Positions 51,147 to 58,519 of a stretch of 58,519 nucleotides of DNA are shown here, one piece after another. Under the pieces are notes generated by a model that saw nothing but the letters and a program-made list of their open reading frames with translations, searched no databases and had not been told where the DNA came from. Made by a program: the position numbers and the translations under genes. The stretch's first letter is position 1; each line of letters starts with the position of its first letter. The stretch comes from Clostridia bacterium. Its GTDB lineage: Bacteria; Bacillota; Clostridia; Christensenellales; Aristaeellaceae. The DNA lies in assembly GCA_030537395.1 (NCBI GenBank), contig JAUNMW010000001.1, positions 1-58,519 on the forward strand, read 5' to 3'.

Positions 51147-53153
51147 ATGACAAAAAAAATCAGCCACCTTCTGGCGGTATGGGTAATCTGTTTAACGGCA
51201 TGCACCGCGTTCGCGGAGGAAGGCTTAAAGCCTGGCGATTCCGGAGACGCGGTGCTGGAACTGAACACCCGGCTGCGCCAATTGAACTATACAACGGTTC
51301 GCGCTTCGGATCAGTACAGCGCCGCCACGGAAACGGCGGTTGCGGCGGTGCAGTCGGCCTATGGCCTGGAAGCAACGGGCATCGCGGATGAAACGACCCT
51401 GAATATCATTTACGGCGATTGCTACCGGCCCCTGACCTATGGCACGGAAGGACTGGATGTGAAGGTGCTCCAGGAAAAGCTGGTGGAGCTGGGGTATTAT
51501 TCCGGGAATATCACCGGCACGTACCTGGAGGGCACCACCATGGCCGTGAAGGTTTTCCAGGGCGAGAACAGCATGGAAATCACCGGCGACGCGGACGTGA
51601 AAACCCAGGAAAAGCTGTTTTCTTTGGCCATTCGGCCCACGCCTACCCCCACTCCCGTACCTACGCCGGGCCCTGCTGTGACCCCGGGCCCCTATCAGCC
51701 CTTTGAACGGGAGCTGCGTTACGGAACCACCGGCAGCGATGTACAGAAGGTACAGCAGAAGCTGAAGGATTTAGGCTTTTTTACTTATTCCAAAACCACC
51801 ACGGGCTATTATAAAAATACCCAGGCCGCGGTGGAAGCATTTCAGAAGGCCAACGGAATTTCCGTCACCGGTACGGTGGATGAGGAAACCTGGGACGCGC
51901 TGTTCAACGCTTCCTATTTGGGCGGAGAAGGGGAAATGGTAATCTTTGACGATCCGGAAAGCGCGGCAGTGATCGTTACCGCGCCGCCGACGAACTATGT
52001 GCCGTTTACCAAAAAGCTCAGCCGCGGAGACAAGAGCGAAGATGTAAGGCGCGTTCAGGAGCGGCTGAAGGAGCTGGGTTTCTTTACCTTTTACACCACC
52101 ACCACAAATTATGGCGAGAACACCCAAAAGGCAGTGCAGGCCTTCCAGACCCACAACAGCCTGAAAGTCACCGGCGTGGTGGATGAAAACACCTGGAACG
52201 CCATTTTCAACGATGATACCACCGTCAGCGCCTACAGCGCCCCCAAACCGGAATACGTGCTGCCCTACTTCTTTGAGGTGGACGTGAAGAACCAGGTGGT
52301 AAAGGTCTGGAAATACAACTATGACACCAAGGGCTACACGGATCTGGACCGCAGTTTCCTGTGCACCACGGGGTCCACATCCAATCCTTCCCCGGTGGGC
52401 ACCCATACCCTGTCCGGCCGGAAGGCCACTACCTGCCTGTTCACCAAATGGGGCAACACGGAAGCCCGCTGGTGGACGAAGATCACTGAGGAAATTGCTT
52501 TCCACAGCGTGATTTACGGCAAGGCCAGCGATTCCAACTCACTGAAGGTATCCTCCCTGAACAATCTGGGCAAGCGGGGCTCCCATGGCTGCATCCGCCT
52601 GACGGTGGCCGACGCCAAATGGATTTATGATCATGTGGAAGAGGGCATGCAGGTTTGGATTCATGAGGACGCGGATGCCGATCCCGAACTGCGCTATGCC
52701 GTGCAGCCCGGCGCGCTGAACCGGAAAACCATGCTGCCCGAAGTGACCCCGGAACCGCCGCATTACACTTACGACGGCACCAAGGCTCCTTCGGAGGTGT
52801 CCCGGAGCCTGAATTTGGGCAAGGAAGGCCAGGATGTGTATTGGCTGCAGATGAAGCTGAAGGAAATGGGCTTCTACCAGGGCACCGTTACCGGCCAGTA
52901 CCGGGAGGGCACCCAGCGGGCCGTAGCGGCCTATCAGCGCAGCCGGGGCCTGTCCTCCGATGGCAGCGCGGGCAAGAACACCCTGCAAAAGCTCTATGAC
53001 GAAGTGCGGGAAAAGTTCAAAACCCCTGTGCCCACCCAGGCTCCCACGCCCGCTCCCACTGCGGAGCCCACGCTGGCGCCTTCTCCCACGCCCAATTTTA
53101 CTGTGATCGATGAAGAAACGGCAGTGCCGGAAACGCAAACGGCGCAGCCATAA
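51147..53153 (+). CDS. L,D-transpeptidase (YkuD) with five peptidoglycan-binding (PG_binding_1-like) repeats
   Basis: The start is MTKKISHLL (SD AGAGGTG), with a signal peptide. Motifs of the form G..G.DV..LQ..L..LG(F/Y) occur five times. The catalytic motif is GSHGCIRL. A Pro/Thr-rich tail follows. Confidence 0.9.
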   Translation: MTKKISHLLAVWVICLTACTAFAEEGLKPGDSGDAVLELNTRLRQLNYTTVRASDQYSAATETAVAAVQSAYGLEATGIADETTLNIIYGDCYRPLTYGTEGLDVKVLQEKLVELGYYSGNITGTYLEGTTMAVKVFQGENSMEITGDADVKTQEKLFSLAIRPTPTPTPVPTPGPAVTPGPYQPFERELRYGTTGSDVQKVQQKLKDLGFFTYSKTTTGYYKNTQAAVEAFQKANGISVTGTVDEETWDALFNASYLGGEGEMVIFDDPESAAVIVTAPPTNYVPFTKKLSRGDKSEDVRRVQERLKELGFFTFYTTTTNYGENTQKAVQAFQTHNSLKVTGVVDENTWNAIFNDDTTVSAYSAPKPEYVLPYFFEVDVKNQVVKVWKYNYDTKGYTDLDRSFLCTTGSTSNPSPVGTHTLSGRKATTCLFTKWGNTEARWWTKITEEIAFHSVIYGKASDSNSLKVSSLNNLGKRGSHGCIRLTVADAKWIYDHVEEGMQVWIHEDADADPELRYAVQPGALNRKTMLPEVTPEPPHYTYDGTKAPSEVSRSLNLGKEGQDVYWLQMKLKEMGFYQGTVTGQYREGTQRAVAAYQRSRGLSSDGSAGKNTLQKLYDEVREKFKTPVPTQAPTPAPTAEPTLAPSPTPNFTVIDEETAVPETQTAQP

Positions 53154-53170
53154 ACAAACGAAATACATAC

Positions 53171-53216
53171 AAAAAAACTCCCCTGACGGAAGCGATTCCA
53201 TCCGGGGAGTTTTTCT
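53171..53216. terminator. Bidirectional terminator
   Basis: An A7 run is followed by CTCCCC (53178-53183), which pairs with GGGGAG (53204-53209), followed by T5. It would serve both the + strand Ldt gene and the minus-strand rnf operon. Confidence 0.65.
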
Positions 53217-53283
53217 TTCTTAATGATTCTGAAATGACTATCAATGAATCCCTTTACCTAATCGTCTTTCTCGGAAAGGGGCT

Positions 53284-53409
53284 GGGGAAACCGCTCTTTC
53301 AGTCATGCGGATTCAGACGCATGACGCGCTGTAAGCCAATATATTAGAATTACAGCACAGGCAAGCGAAGCACAGGCCGCGCGAAGCGATTTCAAAGAGC
53401 GGGTTCCCC
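53284..53409. other. Nested inverted-repeat element (possible structured RNA or MITE-like remnant)
   Basis: A 15/16-bp closing helix is formed by GGGGAAACCGCTCTTT (53284-53299) and AAAGAGCGGGTTCCCC (53394-53409). It encloses hairpins GTCATGCG/CGCATGAC (53302-53325) and GCTGTAA/TTACAGC (53328-53356). It also encloses a tandem TTCGC..CCTGTGC-type repeat (minus-strand reading). Confidence 0.5.
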
Positions 53410-53427
53410 CAGAAATATCATAGCATA

Positions 53428-54213
53428 TTATTCCACCGTGATGCACTTGCAGGGGCACACGGCGGCGCAGGCGCCGCAGTGGGTGCATTTGGCAGGATCG
53501 ATGCGGGCAAAGCCGTTTTCCACGGTGATGGCTTCGTACTGGCATTCCTTCTTGCAGCGGCCGCAGCCAATGCAGGCGTCCATGCACACGGCGCGGGCCA
53601 CGCGGGCTACGTCGCTGTTGCGGCAGCGCACGATCACATTGGAGGATACGGGCAGCAGCTTGATCACGCTGCGGGGGCAGGTCTTTACGCACTGGCCGCA
53701 GGCGGTGCACTTATCGGGATCGATGTGTGCGATGCCATTTTCCATATGGATGGCGCCGAAGGCGCATTTATCCATACAGTCGCCCAGGCCCAGGCAGGCA
53801 AAGCGGCAGTCCTTGGGGCCCCCGGCCAGGCCGGAAGCGGTGGCGCAGCTTTGATAGCCGTCGTATTCATAGCGTTCCTTGGCAATACCGTTTTCGCCCT
53901 GGCACAGCACCCGGGCTACCATCCTCTCGCCCGCGGCGGCTTCCACACCCATGATCCTGGCAATGCCCTTCACGCCTTTTTCACCGGCGGGAGCACAGCC
54001 GTTGATGGGCGCTTCGCCCTTGACCACCGCGGCGGCAAAGCCGTCGCAGCCGGGATAGCCGCAGGCGCCGCAGTTGGCGCCGCCCAGGCATTCGCGCACC
54101 TGAGCCACCCGTTCATCCACTTCCACATGGAATTTTTTGCTGGCGAAGGTAAGCACCGCGCCGAAAATAACGCCCAGCGCGCCCAGCAGGATACCGGCAT
54201 ATAAAATCGTCAT
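53428..54213 (-). CDS. rnfB: Rnf complex subunit B (polyferredoxin type)
   Basis: It has an N-terminal TM helix, a CGGANCGACGYPGC cluster and several CxxCxxCxxxCP ferredoxin motifs. Confidence 0.9.
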   Translation of the reverse strand: MTILYAGILLGALGVIFGAVLTFASKKFHVEVDERVAQVRECLGGANCGACGYPGCDGFAAAVVKGEAPINGCAPAGEKGVKGIARIMGVEAAAGERMVARVLCQGENGIAKERYEYDGYQSCATASGLAGGPKDCRFACLGLGDCMDKCAFGAIHMENGIAHIDPDKCTACGQCVKTCPRSVIKLLPVSSNVIVRCRNSDVARVARAVCMDACIGCGRCKKECQYEAITVENGFARIDPAKCTHCGACAAVCPCKCITVE

Positions 54214-54228
54214 TTCTTGCCGCCCTCC

Positions 54229-54810
54229 TTACACTAAGCCCTGGAAGCCCATGAAGGCCACGGCCATCAGTCCGGCGGATACCAGGGTGATGGGGAAGCC
54301 CTTCATGCAGGCAGGAATCTTGCTGCTCTCCAGCCGTTCGCGCACGCCCGCCATCAGCACGATGGCCAGCAGGAAGCCCAGGGCGGAGAAGGTGCCGTTC
54401 AGCACGGACTGGAGCAGGCCGTAGCTGTTGTTCATGTTCAGGGTGGCCACGCCCAGCACCGCGCAGTTGGTGGTGATCAGGGGCAGGTAAATGCCCAGGG
54501 CGCTGTACAGGGTGGGGCTGCTCTTTTTCAGGAACATTTCCACAAACTGCACCAGGGCCGCGATGACCAGGATGAAGGAAATGGTGTTCATGTAGGTCAG
54601 GTTCAGGGGGATCAGAAGCAGGTTATAGATCAGCCAGCAGAACAGGGAGGCGATGGTCATAACGAAAGTGACGGCCAGGCCCATGCTGACGCTGGTTTCC
54701 ACCTTGCTGCTTACGCCCAGAAAGGGGCAGCAGCCCAGGAAGCGGGAGAAGATGAAGTTGTTGGTCAGGATGCAGCTGACCATGAACAGCAAAATTTCCG
54801 TAACGCTCAT
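54229..54810 (-). CDS. rnfA: Rnf complex subunit A
   Basis: It carries LTNNFIFSRFLGCCPFLGVSSKVETS and LPLITTNCAVLGVA. Confidence 0.9.
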   Translation of the reverse strand: MSVTEILLFMVSCILTNNFIFSRFLGCCPFLGVSSKVETSVSMGLAVTFVMTIASLFCWLIYNLLLIPLNLTYMNTISFILVIAALVQFVEMFLKKSSPTLYSALGIYLPLITTNCAVLGVATLNMNNSYGLLQSVLNGTFSALGFLLAIVLMAGVRERLESSKIPACMKGFPITLVSAGLMAVAFMGFQGLV

Positions 54811-55445
54811 GCCGCCTGCGCCTCCTTCGCCGTGCGTTTCCGCTCAATTTTTTTGACGATCAGGTTGAAGATGCCCAGCAGCAGACCGAAGGTGAGGAAG
54901 CCGCCGGAGGCCAGCACGATCAGCAGCATGGGCTCGTAGGAAGCGCCCAGGATGTTCTGGCCGAATATGCTGCCGCTGCCGATCAGCTCGCGCACAGCGC
55001 CGATCAGGGTCAGGGCCAGGGTGAAGCCCACGCCCATGCCCAGGCCGTCCGCCGCGGAAAGCATGGGGCCGTTTTTGCTGGCGAAGGCTTCCGCACGGGC
55101 CAGGATGATGCAGTTGACCACGATCAGGGGAATGAAGATGCCCAGGCTTTCATACAGGGAGGGAAGGAAGGCCTGCATGATCAATTGCACCATGGTCACG
55201 AAGGTGGCGATCACCACGATGAACGCGGGAATGCGCACCTGATCCGGGATAAATTTGCGCAGCAGGGAAATGGCGATGTTGGAGCATACCAGCACGAAGG
55301 TGGCGGCCGCGCCCATGCCCAGGCCGTTCAGAGCGCTGGAGGTTACCGCCAGGGTGGGGCAGGTGCCCAGCACCAGACGGAAGGTGGGGTTTTCGGGGAT
55401 GATGCCGTTAAAGAAGACCTTCCCCAGGCTTTTTTTCTCGCTCAT
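54807..55445 (-). CDS. rnfE: Rnf complex subunit E
   Basis: It carries LVLGTCPTLAVTSSALNGLGMG and GIFIPLIVVNCIILARAEAFA. It has 4-nt overlaps with both neighbours. Confidence 0.9.
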   Translation of the reverse strand: MSEKKSLGKVFFNGIIPENPTFRLVLGTCPTLAVTSSALNGLGMGAAATFVLVCSNIAISLLRKFIPDQVRIPAFIVVIATFVTMVQLIMQAFLPSLYESLGIFIPLIVVNCIILARAEAFASKNGPMLSAADGLGMGVGFTLALTLIGAVRELIGSGSIFGQNILGASYEPMLLIVLASGGFLTFGLLLGIFNLIVKKIERKRTAKEAQAA

Positions 55446-56389
55446 GCTTTCTTAGCCTCCTTCTTCTGATAGCCGTAAATCTTCCGGGGCAGGAAGCGGT
55501 CAATGAGGGGCGTAGCGATGTTCATCAAAAGGACGGCGTAGGTGACGCCTTCGGGATAATTGCCGAACTGACGGATGACCACGATGATCAAGCCGATCAG
55601 GCAGGCATACACCACCTGGGCCCAGGGAGTGATGGGGGAGGTGACATAGTCTGTGGCCATGAACACCGCGGCGAACAGCACGCCGCCGGACAGGGTGGCG
55701 ATCAGGGCCGCTTCAGGAGCAGCGCCGGTGATCAGCATGGTGAACACGAACACGCTGGCTGTCATGACCACCGGGATGCGCCAGGAAATGGTGCCGGTAA
55801 TCACCAGGAACAGGAAGCCCAGCAGGATAGCGGCCTTGCTCACTTCGCCGATGGTGCCGGGGATCTGGCCCAGGAAGCGCTGCAGCAGGGTGTAGCTGGC
55901 ATCGGAAAGGGGAGTCGCGCCGGATACCGCGTCCACGCCCGCCTGGAAGAAGGTGGGGACCACGTAGGCGGAGGCAGCCATGTGCACCGGCCAGGAGGCC
56001 AGCAGCACGGCGCGGGCTGCCAGGGCGGGGTTCAGGAAGTTATCGCCCAGGCCGCCGAACAATTGCTTCACGATGATGATGGCGAAAGCGCTGCCGATCA
56101 TGGCCATCCACCATGGAGCGGTGGAGGGCAGGTTCAGGCCCAGGATCAGGCCGGTCACCAGCGCGGAAAAGTCGTTGATGCGCACGGGCTGCTTGGCGAT
56201 CTTCTGCCAGCACAGCTCCGCCAGCACCGCGCTGGCCACGGAAACGGCCAGCACCAGCAGCGCGGAGAAACCGAAGGCGTACACGCCCCACGCCGCGGTG
56301 GGCAGCAGCGCGATGAACACGTACTGCATCAGGCGCTGCGTCGTCAGCGGGTTATGCATATGGGGCGCGGTGGAGATTCTCAGGCTCAT
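55442..56389 (-). CDS. rnfD: Rnf complex subunit D
   Basis: It begins SLRISTAPHMH and is polytopic. It contains the SGATPL flavinylation-type motif. At 315 aa it is typical of RnfD. Confidence 0.9.
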   Translation of the reverse strand: MSLRISTAPHMHNPLTTQRLMQYVFIALLPTAAWGVYAFGFSALLVLAVSVASAVLAELCWQKIAKQPVRINDFSALVTGLILGLNLPSTAPWWMAMIGSAFAIIIVKQLFGGLGDNFLNPALAARAVLLASWPVHMAASAYVVPTFFQAGVDAVSGATPLSDASYTLLQRFLGQIPGTIGEVSKAAILLGFLFLVITGTISWRIPVVMTASVFVFTMLITGAAPEAALIATLSGGVLFAAVFMATDYVTSPITPWAQVVYACLIGLIIVVIRQFGNYPEGVTYAVLLMNIATPLIDRFLPRKIYGYQKKEAKKA

Positions 56390-57750
56390 TTATTTTCTCC
56401 TCCTTTCGCCGCGGCGGCAGCGGCAGCCTTGGCCTTGGCTTCCGCGGTGATGTGATCCTTGCAGAACTTAAAGGACGGGGTCAGCCACCGGCGGGACGGG
56501 CATTCATAGGCGCAGGAGCCGCACAGGATGCAGTCCATGACGTGCAGCTTTTGAGCGGCGGCAAAATCGCTCTTATCGGCGGCCACCTTGATCTGGTATG
56601 GGTTTAGGCCGATGGGGCAGGCAGCCACGCAGCGTCCGCAGTGGATGCAGGGGCTTTCGTCTTTGCTTTTGGACTGTTTTTCATTCAGCACCACGATGCC
56701 GTTGGTGGATTTGGCAATGGGCATCTGGTCGTTGGGGATGCACATTCCCGTCATCATGCCGCCGAACACCACTTTGCCGGGGGTTTCGGAGTAGCCGCCG
56801 CATTCGCCGATGATGTCTTCCGTAATGGTGCCGATGCGCAGCAGCAGATTGGAGGGCTTGCGCACACAGCCGGTCACGGTGCAGATGCGGCTGATCAGGG
56901 GCTTGCCCTCGATGATGGCGTCCGCGATGGCGGCGCAGGTGCCCACGTTCAGCACGACCACGTGGGCGTCGATGGGCAGCGCGCCGGAGGGAACCTGACG
57001 GCCGGTGATGGCTTCGATCAGTTGCTTTTCACCGCCCTGGGGGTACTTGGTTTTCAAGGGCTGAACGGAAACGCCCGCCCGGTTCTGAGCTGCCTGCTGC
57101 ATGGCGATGATGGCTTCGGGCTTGTTGTCCTCAATGCCGATGATGCCCTTTTGCACATTCAGCGCGCGCATCACGGCCCGGAGGCCGTCCACCACGCGGG
57201 TGGAATGCTCCAGCATCAGGCGGTAGTCGGCGGTCAGGTGGGTTTCGCACTCCGCGCCGTTGACCACGATGGTGTCGCAGGTTTTTCCGGCCTGGAAGGT
57301 GAGCTTCACATGGGTGGGGAAGGATGCGCCGCCCATGCCGGTGATGCCCGCCGCCTGAATGGCGGGAACCACAGCCTTGGGGTCCACATGCTCCACGCTG
57401 CCCAGGGGATGAAGCTCCACCCAGGTATCGTTAAAATCATTCTTGATGGTGACGGCCTGCACGTTGCCCGCGCCCAGGGAGGGGATGGAATCCACGGAAA
57501 CCACCTCGCCGGAAACGCTGGCGTGAACGGGAACGCTCATAAAGCCCTGGGCTTCGCCGATCACCTGGCCGATATCCACATGATCGCCCTTTTTGACGCA
57601 GGGCTTGGCGGGCGCGCCGATGTTCATGGCCATGGAAATCACCACGGTGTCGGACACGTATTCCCGGATGGGAAGATCACGGGTCTGGCCCTTGCCCTCA
57701 TGGATGTTATGCAGGGGATGAATGCCCCGCTTAAAGGTTTTTGTAAGCAA
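56386..57750 (-). CDS. rnfC: Rnf complex subunit C
   Basis: It has a TTG start with SD GAAGGAGG. It carries an NADH-binding-type GMGGASFPTH motif. Two ferredoxin motifs are present, CIHCGRCVAACP and CILCGSCAYECP. Confidence 0.9.
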   Translation of the reverse strand: MLTKTFKRGIHPLHNIHEGKGQTRDLPIREYVSDTVVISMAMNIGAPAKPCVKKGDHVDIGQVIGEAQGFMSVPVHASVSGEVVSVDSIPSLGAGNVQAVTIKNDFNDTWVELHPLGSVEHVDPKAVVPAIQAAGITGMGGASFPTHVKLTFQAGKTCDTIVVNGAECETHLTADYRLMLEHSTRVVDGLRAVMRALNVQKGIIGIEDNKPEAIIAMQQAAQNRAGVSVQPLKTKYPQGGEKQLIEAITGRQVPSGALPIDAHVVVLNVGTCAAIADAIIEGKPLISRICTVTGCVRKPSNLLLRIGTITEDIIGECGGYSETPGKVVFGGMMTGMCIPNDQMPIAKSTNGIVVLNEKQSKSKDESPCIHCGRCVAACPIGLNPYQIKVAADKSDFAAAQKLHVMDCILCGSCAYECPSRRWLTPSFKFCKDHITAEAKAKAAAAAAAKGGENK

Positions 57751-57783
57751 TGTCCGTGCCTCCTTCTTCTATCTGTCGCCCGG

Positions 57784-58519
57784 TCATTGCTGCCCGGCGA
57801 GGGAGTTTTCGTAAGCCTGGTTCAAGGCGATCACCACCGCCTGCACGGTATAGGGCTGCGCGCCGTTCACGGTCACCTGTTCCACGGTCAGGGGCATTTC
57901 GCTGCCCAGCAGGATATCCCAGGCGCCTTCCAGAAGATCGGTCACATCGCCTCCCGCGGGGGTCTTGGTGATTACGGCTTCGACGAGCTTATTATCATCG
58001 AAAATGGCGTTCGCTTCGATCTTGTCAAAGAAGATGAGGCATTCACCGGTGTACCAGGGCTTTTCCGCATCGAAGGCGGAATCGGGAGCCTTGGCAAAAG
58101 CTTCGTTGAGGGCGATTGCCACGGCGGAGGCGAAGGCCGTATCCTGATTGGTATCCAGCGGCAGGGCAGCGCCGATGAACTTTTCTTTCATGGCCGCTTC
58201 CTGAGCGCTGGGAGCATAGGCTTCCGCGTCAACGGCTTTTTCATTGACCTTCAGGCCGGACAGCTTTCCGCCTTCAAATTCGGCTTCCACCTGAATGGCG
58301 GTAAAGAAGGAAATGGCTTCGCCGGTATAGATGCCATTGTCGCTTTCCGTCAGGACGATGGCGGTGGGTTCATCCGCGCCGCCGATGATGGGTTCTGCGG
58401 CGGGTTCCTCTGCCTTTTCTTCCTGCATTTCTTCCACAGCGGGGGCGGCTTGCTGGTACGCCGCGTTCAGGGCATCCACCACGGCGGTGCTGGTAATGGT
58501 CGCGCCTGCGATGGCGTCG
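57784..58519 (-). CDS. FMN_bind-domain repeat protein (RnfG/NqrC-related), N-terminal part off-window
   Basis: The frame is open to the window edge. The last visible upstream residues read DAIAGATITSTAVVDALNAAY, a flavinylation-type D..(S/A)GAT motif. Two further repeats end in TAFASAVAIALNEAF and QPYTVQAVVIALNQAY, and both lack the GAT Thr. Confidence 0.7.
   Translation of the reverse strand, partial: DAIAGATITSTAVVDALNAAYQQAAPAVEEMQEEKAEEPAAEPIIGGADEPTAIVLTESDNGIYTGEAISFFTAIQVEAEFEGGKLSGLKVNEKAVDAEAYAPSAQEAAMKEKFIGAALPLDTNQDTAFASAVAIALNEAFAKAPDSAFDAEKPWYTGECLIFFDKIEANAIFDDNKLVEAVITKTPAGGDVTDLLEGAWDILLGSEMPLTVEQVTVNGAQPYTVQAVVIALNQAYENSLAGQQ

Noticed and set aside
53303-53710. A 135-aa minus-strand ORF extending from inside rnfB into the structured intergenic element.
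   Set aside because: It is out of frame with rnfB and overlaps it for most of its length. It is Arg/Pro/His-rich and has no SD. The intergenic part is better explained by nested hairpins.
1-58519. I looked for mobile elements, prophage genes, toxin-antitoxin pairs, restriction-modification genes, reverse transcriptases and known defence-system hallmarks.
   Set aside because: No transposase, integrase, recombinase, phage structural gene, RT, nuclease-helicase or methyltransferase motif was recognised in any frame. The window looks like core chromosome with cell-envelope and carbohydrate accessory genes. Absence is judged by eye only.

Overview
This is a 58.5-kb chromosomal window from a GC-rich Firmicute. 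It is probably a Clostridia (Oscillospiraceae/Ruminococcaceae-like) anaerobe. That guess rests on the Rnf complex, a clostridial 2x[4Fe-4S] ferredoxin, a YlmC/YmxH sporulation protein and a Gram-positive Cheo-type LexA box. About 50 protein genes are supported, in alternating strand blocks.

Contents in order:
- a 5'-truncated M56/BlaR1-like sensor
- two tandem ECF sigma / anti-sigma modules that share a conserved ~57-bp upstream element
- an SOS operon (dinB, an 82-aa unknown, an SRAP peptidase) behind a consensus promoter and LexA box
- histidine phosphatase and serine hydrolase genes
- polA, coaE, a lytic transglycosylase, an orphan family-5 SBP and ylmC
- a PQQ-propeller surface protein
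- an MBOAT gene with a 978-aa twin DltD/SGNH-like partner
- a glycoside locus (permuted GH3, GPH transporter, GH78 rhamnosidase, SGNH esterase)
- an exported C14 caspase
- a compact type IV filament-like cluster (transglutaminase, GspF, four small membrane-anchored proteins, a PilT-type ATPase)
- an exported rhodanese-TlpA fusion and two L,D-transpeptidases
- a ferredoxin gene, then an HxxxD acyltransferase with a zinc-ribbon membrane protein
- asd-dapA-dapB and an FAD oxidoreductase
- rnfC-D-E-A-B without rnfG in its usual slot

I saw no rRNA, tRNA, CRISPR array, transposase, integrase or recognisable defence genes.

The best candidates for something undescribed are:
- the PilT-only type IV filament-like cluster
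- the MBOAT plus twin-SGNH/LRR protein module
- the atypical Rnf operon, preceded by a multi-FMN_bind protein
- two copies of a palindromic intergenic element built from GTNCAGA heptamers
- a nested-hairpin element in the rnf 3' region

All functional calls come from motifs read by eye. No database search or folding program was run.
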